A stretch of 64,000 nucleotides of DNA from Octopus vulgaris (Eukaryota): the NCBI GenBank assembly GCA_951406725.2, contig OX597830.1, positions 25,854,001-25,918,000 on the forward strand, in the 5' to 3' direction. The notes beneath the pieces were generated by a model, which saw only the letters and a list, made by a program, of their open reading frames with translations, was not told where the DNA came from and ran no database searches. Position 1 is the first letter of the stretch; every line of letters starts with the position of its first letter. A program made the translations under genes and the position numbers. Of the stretch, positions 52,186 to 64,000 are shown one piece after another.

Positions 52186-54404
52186 ACATTGTGTACAGTG
52201 CTCAGGTGCACTACAACTCATCTAAAGTGTATGTATAGTACATAGGGTAATGTACAAGCGTCAGGAAAAGAACAGTGCATGAGTCATTACATACACATAT
52301 GTGTATGAGTATGGAAGGGGGACAATCAGGTGTAGTTTCGGCGGATTTCGGAAAGCATGAGGGCCTTAAAGGATGCAGTGTCATGGCAGTCAACAACTGA
52401 CGCAGGCAGTTTGTTCCATGCTTCAGCAACTCTGAGCGTGAAAAAATGTTTCCGAAAGTCATGGGAGCTGTGCTATTTTCTGACTTTGTAGGCATGTCCA
52501 CGTGTGTTGGACACATGGAGATCAAAAAGGTGTTCAGTGATGTTGTTGGTGAGGTGGTTGATAAATTTGTAGGTGTTTACCAAGTCCATCGCCACACGCC
52601 GGAGCTTCAGTGAATCCATGCCCAGGGAAACAAGGCGCTCAGAGTATGGTAGGTGTCTGATGGAGGGTATGCGTTTGGTTGCACGTCTCTGAACAGATTC
52701 CAGGAGGTCAATGTTCTGAGCAAGATAGGGGTTCCAAACTGATGATGCGAATTCCAAGTGTGGTCGTACCATAGCTGTATACAGCTTTAAATAGATGGCT
52801 GGAGAGCGGCTAACAAAAGTCTTGCTGAGTGATGCCAAGACACCCTCGGCCTTCTTGATAATTTTAGAGATTTGCTTTGTCCAACGCAAATCACTGCTGA
52901 CAGTGATGCCTAGGTCACGCTCGCAAGAGGATTTCTTGATATCAGTGTTGTGGAGGGAGTATGTGGACAAAAGGTTTTTTCTCCCAAAATGCATGGTGGT
53001 ACACTTGTCCACAGCCAGTTTCAGTTGCCAGTCCGTGATCCATTGCAGCACTGTGTCCAGGTCTGATTGCAGGAAAGAGTTGTAGAAATCAGGATCTGTC
53101 CGCTTGATTTCAAGGTACAGCTTGATGTCGTCTGCATATTTCAATACTGTGGCATTCTTTAAATTGGCATCTATGTCATTAATGTATGCCACAAACAAGA
53201 GGGGAACAAGAACAGATCCCTGTGGTACACCCGATGACATCTCATATGTTGTAGAATGCTCTCCTAGAACTGTGACTACCTCCTTTCGGCTGAGAATGAA
53301 GGATTTCAACCATTTAAAAAGGTCATCCCTCACACCCATTGCAGAGAGTTTCACCATAAGCCTTTTGTGTGGCACAAAATTAAAAGCCATAGCAAAGTCA
53401 AGGTAGACAACATCCACCCATGAGCCACTGTCAGTGATCTGAGTAATGTCCTCAAGGAACTCGACAAGCTGATCACTGCAGCTGGAGTTAGGGACAAATC
53501 CATATTGTGAGGGTCGGATGAGACTGTGAGAGCTTCAGAAGTTCCAAAGTGTTTCTCTGACACACGATTCCATCAGTTTTGCAATACAGCTAGTGAGACT
53601 GACTGGGCGATAGTTGACAGGTGATGTGCGGTCGCCCTTTTTGAACAGAGGAATGACACTGGCGGTTTTCCACTGCTCCGGAGTAGTACCATTGTTGAGA
53701 CAGTACTGGAAAAAAATAGAAAGCTGGTGTAAAAGGAAGTACCTGCCACATTTGAGAAGCAGGTATGTACGCCATCAAGACCAGGGGAGGTATAGTTGCG
53801 CTTATTTTGAAGGTGACATCGCAGCATTGCAGGTGTAAATTCCATAGTTGTTATGGAATTTGCTGTTAGAGCGTCAGTGATCTGGCTTGTGTGAGGGTTG
53901 TGAAGAGGGCCCACTGGAGAGTGAGGTCTGTGCTTCGAATGCACATATTTCCAGAAAACCTTGCTGTCAGGATTGGCTGCTATGCACTGTTCAAATTCAA
54001 GCACTGCTTTTTTTGTCACTTGCTTGAGATGGTTGGAAGATTTATTCCGCTTTTTCCTGTTGGTGTCTGATTTATGCAACTTGTATTTCCGTTCAGCAGT
54101 CCGAAGTTCCTTCCTGGCAAGTCGGACCGCTGAAGTTTCCCAAATTGCACTATTGGGGCGGTTCTTATTTTTCTGTTTACGTGGCACTGATGCTGCACAT
54201 GCTGCCCATATTGAGTCCAGGATACTCTGGAGTATAGTATTCACATCTCCAGAGTTGTAGAATTCACGCCAGTTTGGGTGCTGTAATTCAGTGTGGTACA
54301 GGTTCCAATCTGCTCTCTTCCAATCGAAGGAAGCAGATTGGAGATAGTTCAGGTTTTTGTTGTTGCCCGCAAGAGCCAGATTGGCGATGATCATAGCATG
54401 ATCA
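52186..54404 (-). mobile_element. 5'-truncated CR1-clade LINE, reverse transcriptase (frameshifted)
   Basis: DVVYLDF..AF..VPH, SGVPQGSVL, YADDIKL, ERDLGI, LESVQRRATK, TRGH in ORF 52473..53417; tail in (ATT)n. Confidence 0.93.
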
Positions 54405-54475
54405 GAGTCATGGCGTAGTGGTTAAGAGCGCGGGCTACTAACCCCAAGATTTTGAGTACGATTCCAGGCAGTGAT

Positions 54476-54478
<3 letters not shown>
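54405..54478 (+). pseudogene. tRNA-like sequence with (AAT)n tail (minimal SINE or tRNA pseudogene)
   Basis: A-box tggcgtagtgg, loop ct-ACT-aa, degenerate B-box gtacgattcc, 74 nt long, directly followed by (AAT)n. Confidence 0.6.
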
Positions 54479-54547
<69 letters not shown>

Positions 54548-54548
<1 letters not shown>

Positions 54549-55848
54549 CTGTACGCTACAAATTATAAACAGCTGGAAACAATATGGATGACTTAAAACT
54601 ATACGCTGCGAATGATAAACGGCTGGAAACACTACTACAGACAGTACATGGATTTACCAAAGAAATAGATATGAAATTTGGATTAGAAAAATGTGCCAAA
54701 GCAACTCTGAAAAAAGGAAAACTAGTTAATAGTAGCAACATCACACTAGATAAAGCGAATGAAATAAGAAAATTTGACCAAAGCCAGACATTCAAATATT
54801 TAGGAATCAATGAACTAGATATGATACAACACACACAAACGAAAGAAAAAATAAAGACAGAATACTATAGACGAGTTACATCAATACTGAAAACAGCGCT
54901 CAATGCTAAAAACAAGATAATAGGCATTAGCACTTTAGCTGTCCCAGTTATAAGTTACAGCTACATTATCCTTAACTGGACACTAAAGGAACTAACCAAA
55001 ATAGACAGGAAAACAAGAAAAATAATGACAGGATCTAGGATGCACCACCCAGAATCTGACATAGAAAGGCTATTTATACAACGTATAGAAGGTGGTAGAG
55101 ACCTTATACAGCTAGAAAACTATTATAAAATAACCACCATAGGACTGCAAAAATATCTACTTCAGAAGGAAGGAAAACTAATACAAATAACCACAAAACA
55201 AAAGGAAAACAAAAAAAACTGTTTGCTGTATTTAATGAAGATGACAAATACAAACAAGAAGTCATACTACCTAACAAATATGCGGAAGAAGACGAAGACG
55301 AAGAAGAAGAAGAAGAAGAAGAAGAAGAAGAAGAAGAAGAAGAAGAAGAAGAAGAAGAAGAAGAAGAAGAAGAAGAAACAAAAGCTATAAAACAAATGAA
55401 ATCCAAACTAAAAATAGAACAGCAACGAACCATGATGTCAAGAACAGCCCCTTCATGGCAAATACTGGTCAAAACTAAATGCAAAAGAAATAGACAAAGA
55501 AAAATACCAGCAATGGTTGAGAAGCTCAGGACTCAAAGCAGAGACTGAAGGAATTTTAATTGCAGCAGAAGACCAAAGCCTCCCCACCAGAAATTACCAA
55601 AAATATATAATGAAAAGAAACATAACAAGTAACTGCAGAATATGTGGAGATGGACAAGAAACAATAAATCATATTATCTCTGGCTGCCCAGTCCTGGCTA
55701 AGAAGGAATATATTCACAGACACGACAGAGTTGGGACCTGCATACACTGGAAACTATGCCAACACTATGGAATAACAACAGAAAATAAGATGGTATCGGC
55801 ACACGCCAGAAACGGTCACAGAAAAGAGCAAGTAACCATACTCTGGTT
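54548..55848 (+). mobile_element. R4/Dong-like element, RT (YMDD) to CCHC region, with internal (GAA)n
   Basis: YMDDLKLYA, MKFGLEKCA, FKYLGI, IDRKTRK, GLKAETEG, CRICG..ET.NHI.SGC, RHD; truncated at VTILW. Confidence 0.92.
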
Positions 55849-56635
55849 ACTAAATATGTAAATAATGTACATAATTCCTCATCTCTTAAATATAAAACTG
55901 GACTGACATATTGGTTCAAATCTTGGTACAAACCAGCAATTTCAGAAAATGGGAAAAGGATGAAAAACCAAGTCAATCATGACTCAGTTTAAACTCAGAA
56001 CGTAAAAACAGACGAAATGCCACTAAGCATTTTGCCCGGCGTGCTAACGATTCGACCAGCTCGGTACATTAACCATGTCTTACATATTAATTCTTAATAC
56101 ATTTCAGTATATTAGAACGTGAATATGCTAATCGCTCTTATATTCTGTGTACAGAGAAATAACTTCGCTTTTCAGAAATGTCTCTTCACAACACACTCTA
56201 TTCATTGAGGTAAGAATACGTTAAGACTCTGCGGTGTTTCAGACTGCTTGTGTCTCTTTATTCAAGCATGCCTCCGGATCAATGAATATCTTGTTTGCTC
56301 CATAGGAGAAGTTTGTCCCCGGAGACAAAATATAACATCAATTAGTATATCCACATTCTAATTTGCCGGGAAGTATCAAGTACGAATATGTACGTCATTG
56401 CTTTGATTTTCGCTGTTCTCCGTGCATGTGACGATTTATCATTGTTCGTATTACTTATACAAAAAGGCCAAAGGTCTTCTTACTGACTGTGTTTGCGCGT
56501 GCGTTTCTTTCGTGCCGAATTACGTCGGCGCGGAAACTGTTAAAACCGGTGCGTTTGAAGAACAAAAAAAAAAACAAGCAACTAAATAAGTAGAATCGAA
56601 ATAAAAATATAAAAATATAAAAAAGATTAATCGTT

Positions 56636-56820
56636 AAGGCGGAGAACTGGCAGAATCGTTAGCACGCCAGGCAAAATGCTTAGCTGCACATTTCGCCTGT
56701 CTCTATGTTCTGAGCTCAAATTCCGCCGAGGTTCACTTTGCCTTTCATCCTTCAACGGCAGTGCATCAGCATGGCTGTAGCTATGAGCTGAAACTACAGC
56801 AAAAAAAAAAAAAAAAAAAT
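56636..56820 (+). mobile_element. Chimeric SINE: S2 head/core joined to an S1-like tail and poly(A)
   Basis: S2 up to gcctttcatcctt, then ggcagtgcatcagcatggctgtagctatgagctgaaact and an A tract. Confidence 0.7.
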
Positions 56821-56824
56821 TATT

Positions 56825-57235
56825 CCACTCGAGTTGTGAAGGGAAAGGGAAGTCGATTACATCGACCACAGTACATGTCTAATACTTATTTTATCGACTC
56901 CGAGAAGAAGGAAGGCAAAGTCGACCTCGGCGGAATTTGAACTCAAAACGTAATGAGTCGAAAGAAATTTACTAAGAATTTTATCTAATGTGTAGCTATT
57001 CGTATTTCTTTACTACCCACAAGGGGCTAAACACAGAGGTGACAAACAAGGACAGACAAATGGATTAATTCGATTACATCGACCCCAGTGCGCAACTGGT
57101 ACTTAATTTATCGATCCCGAAAGGATAAAAGGCAAAGTCGACCTCGGCGGAATTTGAACTCAGAACGTAAGGGCAGACGAAATACCGGTAAGCATTTCGT
57201 CCGGCGTGCTAACTTTTCTGCCAGCTCGCCGCCTT
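56825..57235 (-). mobile_element. SINE S2, dimeric form
   Basis: Reverse complement of the 16953-17357 arrangement. Confidence 0.85.
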
Positions 57236-58324
57236 AAATTTAACGTGTAGCCATTCTGCCAACTCACTGCCTTAACAACAACAACAACAACAATAATAAC
57301 TGCAGCACCAGTAGCAGCAGCAGCAAATGTAGCACCGATAATACATACACGAAATTTATCTATTGTAGGGAAATTCCTACCGGATCGCTCCGTCGGACCT
57401 AAACTTATGTCTCTCATACGATTGTTCCTCTTCAGTAGCAGCCTATTTGTCATTACATCTAACCACAAATGCTTTTATGCAGGATAATGCCGACATTCCA
57501 TTCTTCATAAACTTCCAGGCAAGCGTCATCCACACGTGATTTGACGAAAAGGAATCGGTGAATTCCCATGATGTAAATCTCGAGTCTATTTTAGTTAGAG
57601 AACAAATAATTAGCACCATTGTCTTTAGACTAAGCGATAGAAGATACAAGGAGCAGCATTCCTTTGCTATGGACAAAGTGACACTTCTTGTCGACAGTGC
57701 AGTATCTTTAATTCTAGAGATAGAGGACAAATGGTGTAGAGTTTCTTTCTTAATAGAGTAAATCACAGTTCTTGTTGAAACAATTTATTTCTTATCAATG
57801 AAAGTGCGTACGTTTGATACAAAGAGAGCATCCACTTTTTCCACTTGCGGTACACTTACAATCTTTTCAAAATTAGGCGGCGCTCCTGAAGTAAAAATAT
57901 AGCTCAAAGTATAGGGAAAAAAAGATATTCAGTTTACACTGCGGCACACCTAGCATCGTCTCGTGGTACACCAGTATACAGCGACATATCGGTTGCGGAG
58001 CCCTGTTATGTATCACTCAACGTATACGCATCCCAGGCACCTATCGCATTTTTTTCATACATACACTTATATACTCCCTTAAATTGTATTCACATAAACA
58101 TATTTTCACTTCATTGCTCCTCTCTGTTTCCCGTTAATGAACGTACCTGAATGTGATTCAGAGCATGAAATGAACACTGAAGGAAGCTCAAAGTGACGCC
58201 ATTGTAAAGGATCAGTTCGAATAAATGCATGAAACCTTCACATAATTCCATTATATTTTTCTTTCTGGTTTGTGTAATCAGCGGAAAATGTATGTATATG
58301 TTTCCCATCTATCTGTAATTTATG

Positions 58325-58822
58325 AAGGTCATTTGATGACGGTCATGCTGGGGCATCACATTAAGCAGTTTAGTCGACAAATCGACTCGGGTACTTATTT
58401 ACGTTTAAGTCATTTACGCATTCTAAAGGTCTCTTTTGCCGAACAGCTAATTTACGGGAACGTAAAGAATGGGACATAGGTTACCAAGTAGTGGTGGTGG
58501 TGGTGGTGGTAGTGGAGACAAACACAAACAATCACACACACATACACACATACACGCACACACATCTATATACGACGGGCTTCTTTCAGTTTCTGTCTAC
58601 CAAATTCACTCACAATACATTGGCTGGCCCAGGGCAAGATTAGAAGTCACTCAACCAAACCACTGCGTAGTGGGATTGAACTCAAAAACTTGTGGTCATA
58701 AAGCAACCCCAGGACTTATTCTTTGTAAGTCTGGTACTTATTCTATCGGTCTCTAAGTTACGAGGACGAAAACACAACATCGGTTGTCAAGCGATGGTGG
58801 GTGACAAACACAGACACAAAAC

Positions 58823-58902
<80 letters not shown>

Positions 58903-59075
58903 TATATATATATGATGGGCTTCTTTCAGTTTCCGTCTACCAAATCCACTTACAAGGCTTTGGTCGGCCCGAAGCTATAGTAGAAGACATTTGCCGAAGG
59001 TGTCGCGCAGTGGGACCGAACCCGGAACCATGTGGTTGGGAAGCAAGCTTTTTACCACATAGCCACTCTTGTGCG
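58325..59075 (-). mobile_element. Two tandem S1 SINEs (one old, one younger)
   Basis: Two successive body, microsatellite and head sets in reverse complement. Confidence 0.8.
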
Positions 59076-60224
59076 TTTGTGTGTGTGTGTGCGTGTGCGT
59101 GTGCGTGCGTGTGCATTTCATGTGCTTGTACGTGTGTATATATGAGTGTGTGTGTGTGTGTGTGTGTAGCGCGTATACATCTATATATCCATCGATTTCT
59201 CCGTCAATCTGCATAAACATCTGTGCAGATAGATATAGAAAAATACAGACAAGCGTATAAATAGATAGATATAAATAGACAAAGATTAACAGATAGATAA
59301 AGACAGATCTAGATAATTAGATCCTTTGTTGTTTGCATACATAGTTTAGCAGCCCCTTTTTGTTCGGTTAATTAGTATAAAACACGAATAAGTGGATGAC
59401 ACGAAAACCTCGATATATCTACTTGAACATCGTTACTAGAAACGTCTGTTCGAATAGCACGGCAATTCTGGAGAAAATGGCCGGCGTTTATACGGTGAGG
59501 GTCGGTTAATTCTGCAAGCTCCTCTAATCCTATTATCTTCGGCCTGTACTGGTAATTCGTTATCCAAGATTTCATGTGAATGGGGATCGAGTACAATCGA
59601 AATATGAACTCATGTGGAATGTTTCGCCAACCATTTAAGAAACATAGCGATATATTGATTCTCATCGTCTGATTTCTTCCAATTAACGTATCTTGCTACT
59701 AAACAGAAAAACAGAGTAAAAAAGCAAAGAAACAGAAGAGAAAATGAAAGAAAATAAAGAATATAGTTATGTTTAAATAACATCCTAGTTCTTTCATATG
59801 AAGGTTTATTAGTCAGTAATTTGGCCCAATACATGCAATTTGTAAGGGAAGCTATTATCCTAAGCATCACGTAGAATGAAGGCTCGCAGTAAGGACAATG
59901 TTCTAAATACAGGAGACGTGTTTTGTGTTTTAGTGAGGTTTCTTTAAAGCAAATGGCTAAAATAGATGTATGCATCAGTAATGTGTGTTTCGTATGTGTA
60001 AATCTTCAGATGTAAATGTGTATCTGTGGATGTGAATACGTGTCTGTATGTTTATCTATGTCGATGTGAATGGAATTTTGTGTAGACATATTAATGTCGG
60101 TCGGTATCTATCTATCTATCCATCTATCTAAATATTTGTCTTTCTGCTTATCTATCAGTATCTCTGTCTGACAGGTTCTACCTTTCTCTATATGCATACA
60201 TGCACAGCGCGCGCACACACACAC

Positions 60225-60273
<49 letters not shown>

Positions 60274-60372
60274 CATATACATATATTCGTGTGTATGTGT
60301 GTATATATATGTATAGGAATATATGTATATATATATATATATATCTGTATACGTATATATATATAAATGCAT

Positions 60373-60408
<36 letters not shown>

Positions 60409-60651
60409 GTGCATATACATACGTACATATATATATACATATATATATATATATTTATATGTACATACACATACATATATATGTATGATGGTATTTTTTA
60501 AGTTAAAGGTGGAGTGCGTCCTAGTTTGTGGTTTGTGTTATCTGACCCATGTATATTTTATTTTGATATTCATCGAATCGGTTGATATATACAAGCAACG
60601 ACACACAGAACACCACGACACTATATTTATACATGCATATATATGTATATA

Positions 60652-60693
<42 letters not shown>

Positions 60694-60912
60694 CACACAT
60701 ACACATACATACATAAGTGCGCGCGCGCGTGCATGTGTGTGATTGCTCCGTGGAAGACACAAGTTACCCATTCAGAGACACATAAAGGCTGTTAACATCA
60801 CTTAAACATTTATTTGTATTATGGTGTCAAAATTTTCGTGCCACGAACCTGCGACCCATTCATTAATAAAAAAGATCAATATATATAAAAGCATTCTTTT
60901 ATCCATCTATTC

Positions 60913-61040
<128 letters not shown>

Positions 61041-61087
61041 GTCTATCTATCTAACTACACACACAAGCATAAGTATGCCTACATACA

Positions 61088-61121
<34 letters not shown>

Positions 61122-61151
61122 CATACACACACACACTAATAGTATATAAAG

Positions 61152-61192
<41 letters not shown>

Positions 61193-61227
61193 CATATATG
61201 TATATATAATTATAAATATATATATGC

Positions 61228-61876
61228 TTATCTTATTAGACGGAAACTTCGAAGTCACTATCTGTTATGTCGCATGTTCGGATGCCTTCTACTCAACTAG
61301 ACTTCATCGTCTGGGGGCGTCCACACAACACCTCCCCCTTTGGAGTGTTTTTAAACTCGAATTTATCAATTTTATTTCCTCGGTGAGAAACTGGCATATA
61401 TTTTTCTCTTAGCGTTTATTTCCATCATTTCTGTAGGTTTTCTCCTCCTGCTCGACCTACGTGTCGGTTCTGCTTTTGCTTGTTATTCTAGGATCTCGAA
61501 CACTTTTGCTTGTGGTTCTGGGGCCTGGAACAAATCATACCATAAATCTATTGGTTCTTCTAGCCTCTCTTGGTTTTTGGTATATCTTCTTTTTAATTGG
61601 CTTAAATGCCGTCTGTGTTCATATTTTGGTTCTTTTACCATGTACATCACATTACCCAGACGTCCAGTTATACTTCCTTGTTCCTAGTCCTGTTTTCCGT
61701 TACCATATATTTTAAAATACACTTTGTCACCTATGTTAAAAAAATTCGTTTTTCTTCCCGAATTTTCTATTTCCTGTTTCCTACTTGGCAACCATTTGTT
61801 AAAAATAACAAGAATGTTTCTATTTTACTAGTTTTTCAAACTCATATGTTAAACACTTTGATCAGACAGCTATTCG
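61228..61876 (-). mobile_element. Gypsy/Ty3 remnant: integrase C-terminus, PPT and start of the 3' LTR
   Basis: FNIGDKVYFK.Y...G.I.GRLG.VMYMV...RRHLSQL; PPT aaagggggagg (61331-61341) followed by TGTTGTG at 61330; both ends cut by (TA)n. Confidence 0.75.
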
Positions 61877-61935
<59 letters not shown>

Positions 61936-61954
61936 CACGTATATATAAATGAAT

Positions 61955-61986
<32 letters not shown>

Positions 61987-62194
61987 GTATGTATGTATCT
62001 ATGTGCGTGTGCCATTGTGTCCGTATTTGTGCTCCCGTAACCGAGCGGTTTGGTAAAAGTGACAGATAGAATATATACAAAACTTTGAGAAGTGGGTCCT
62101 GGTGTCGATTTGTTCGACTAAAAGCCTTTAACGTGGTGCCGCAACATGGCCGCCGTCGGATAGCTGAAACAAGTAAAAGTTAATAGTTGAAAGA

Positions 62195-63687
62195 TGTACG
62201 TACCCATGTAGGAACATGCAAAAATGAAAATTATCACTGACATCTCATTTTAACTGATATATTTAACAAGACTACATAAACATATCTTGAAATATTAAAG
62301 AGTAAATTTATTCAATAAAATCGCCATTGGCTTCAACCACGGCCTCCAGATGACTTCGGGATTTCCTGCAACTCTTCTGGGTGGTCTCCTTGTTTAAGTT
62401 GGTGAACGTTGCCATAATCTTTGCTTTCAGTTCACCTTTGGTGTTACAAGGAATTCTGTTGGCCTCTCGCTCAACTGCGCGTCACACAATTATCAAGGGG
62501 GTTGAATTCTGGGAAGTTATGTGACCAGATGTTAGGGGTGATGTAGTCGCAGAAATTTAATGACAGCCATGACTGGGTTCTCCTACCTGTGTGGCATGGT
62601 GCAGAGTCCTGTTGCCAGATATAGGGTCTTCCAGTAGGCACCCTCTTGACATAGTGCAGCACTACTTCCTCCAGGCATATGATATAGGCCTCCGTGTTGA
62701 TTGTGAGGTCATGTGGGATGATGAAGGGAGGCATAACGTCGCCATTACTAGTGATCACTCTAAACACCTTGATGTTGACTGGTTGTTTGTTTTTTATCAC
62801 TCTCGGTACGATTTGGGAGCAACGACAAGTCAACGGTTGTTCTGTGTTCACCATCAGATCTTGGCAGAATTTTTCTCATCTGAGAAAAACACCAAAGCAT
62901 GTTCGGTTGGAGAGGATGCTTGAGTTCGTTCAAAACCTTCGTAGTGCGGTTTTACTCTTGTTTTTGATGGCTTGAAATAGAAATTGTCCTGTCTCATCTT
63001 GTATGAGGAATACCGAATATCTTCATGAACTACCTATTTCTTTATTACCCACAAGGGGCTAAACATAGAGGGGACAAACAAGGACAGACATAGGTATTAA
63101 GTCGATTACATCGAGCCCAGTGCGTTACTGGTACTTAATTTATCGACCCCGAAAGGATGAAAGGCAAAGTCGACCTCGGCGGAATTTGAACTCACAACGT
63201 AACGACAGACGAAATACCGCTAAGCATTTCGCCCAGCGTGCTAACGATTCTGCCAGCTCTGCCTGATAAGAAACTCAGACACTCCCATGTCCTTGCCGAT
63301 GAACCTGATTGAATTAGAGGGATCGTTATCAGACATTTTCTGGATCACACCAACAAATTCAGGAGTTCTTTTTTAATCAGAACGGCCGTACATACGTAAT
63401 CACCATTAGACTCATCCAACTCTTTCCGAATCCTCTGCATTGTCCTCAGATTGATAACCAAACACTCTGAAATGTACGTATTGGGAGCTTCCGGCGCGAA
63501 TGCCAAGCAATATAGCATGTCGTTTCCAAATTTTTGGCAGGGTAAATTGCGTCATGTTGCTGTTTTTCTAACAGATAGTGCCCAACTGACCCTACTATAC
63601 TGTGTGTAGACGACAAAATCAAAAACAAACAAGCGCATGAGCAAAATAAATAATATAAAATCGCGACAATTGTCCCATCGCACAGTG

Positions 63688-63688
<1 letters not shown>
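62195..63688 (-). mobile_element. Tc1/mariner DD37D (maT-like) transposon, decayed, interrupted by SINE S2
   Basis: WQQD-37 aa-D (counted from QQDSAPCH to NPLD) in ORF 62471..62854; right end cacagtg|ta. Confidence 0.85.
63035..63263 (-). mobile_element. SINE S2 inserted in the transposase
   Basis: Reverse complement of S2 with the aaagaaatagg end module. Confidence 0.88.
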
Positions 63689-63776
<88 letters not shown>

Positions 63777-63808
63777 GTCTGTCTGTCTCTCTATCTATCT
63801 GTCTGTCC

Positions 63809-63901
<93 letters not shown>

Positions 63902-64000
63902 TATATGTATGTATGTATGTATCCATGTGATCGGCTTGAATGATTAAAATTTTAATATATTTTCCCTAGCAGGAAACCAATGGTAGCCTTAATGCAAAAA

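Noticed and set aside
55287-55377. Poly-Lys protein tail
   Set aside because: A (GAA)n expansion read out of frame inside a dead Dong-like element.
52473-55390. Long RT ORFs as active or domesticated genes
   Set aside because: Both are 5'-truncated and frameshifted TE copies.
57443-57870. Overlapping ORFs on both strands
   Set aside because: No domain recognised and extensions hit stop codons.

Overview
AT-rich, microsatellite-saturated animal genomic DNA. The SINE families and the (TA)n/(TAA)n density suggest an octopus or other coleoid cephalopod (inference). Nearly all six-frame ORFs are artefacts of simple repeats. The window is a nested transposon graveyard: at least 8 R4/Dong-like REL non-LTR fragments in (TAA)n tracts, three to four Tx1/L1-like pieces, one CR1, two Gypsy pol remnants, Tc1/mariner (DD37D, mariner), hAT, piggyBac-like and Helitron non-autonomous elements, four tRNA-derived SINE families, a minimal tRNA-like repeat and a TRMT10A-like pseudogene. 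The most striking unexplained signal is a set of about 13 minimal type I hammerhead-ribozyme motifs with palindromic helix III, mostly in short non-coding units docked on (TA)n tracts (Penelope-like termini or retrozyme-like elements). They include apparent natural G3:C8 and U3:A8 core covariants and roughly 45-100 nt stem II expansions. A TSD-bounded, ORF1-only (HAL1-like) retroelement is inserted in a SINE tRNA head. No host gene is confidently identified; there is one weak spliced candidate at 11.56-12.70 kb. All motifs were read by eye, so boundaries are approximate unless a TSD or TIR is quoted.
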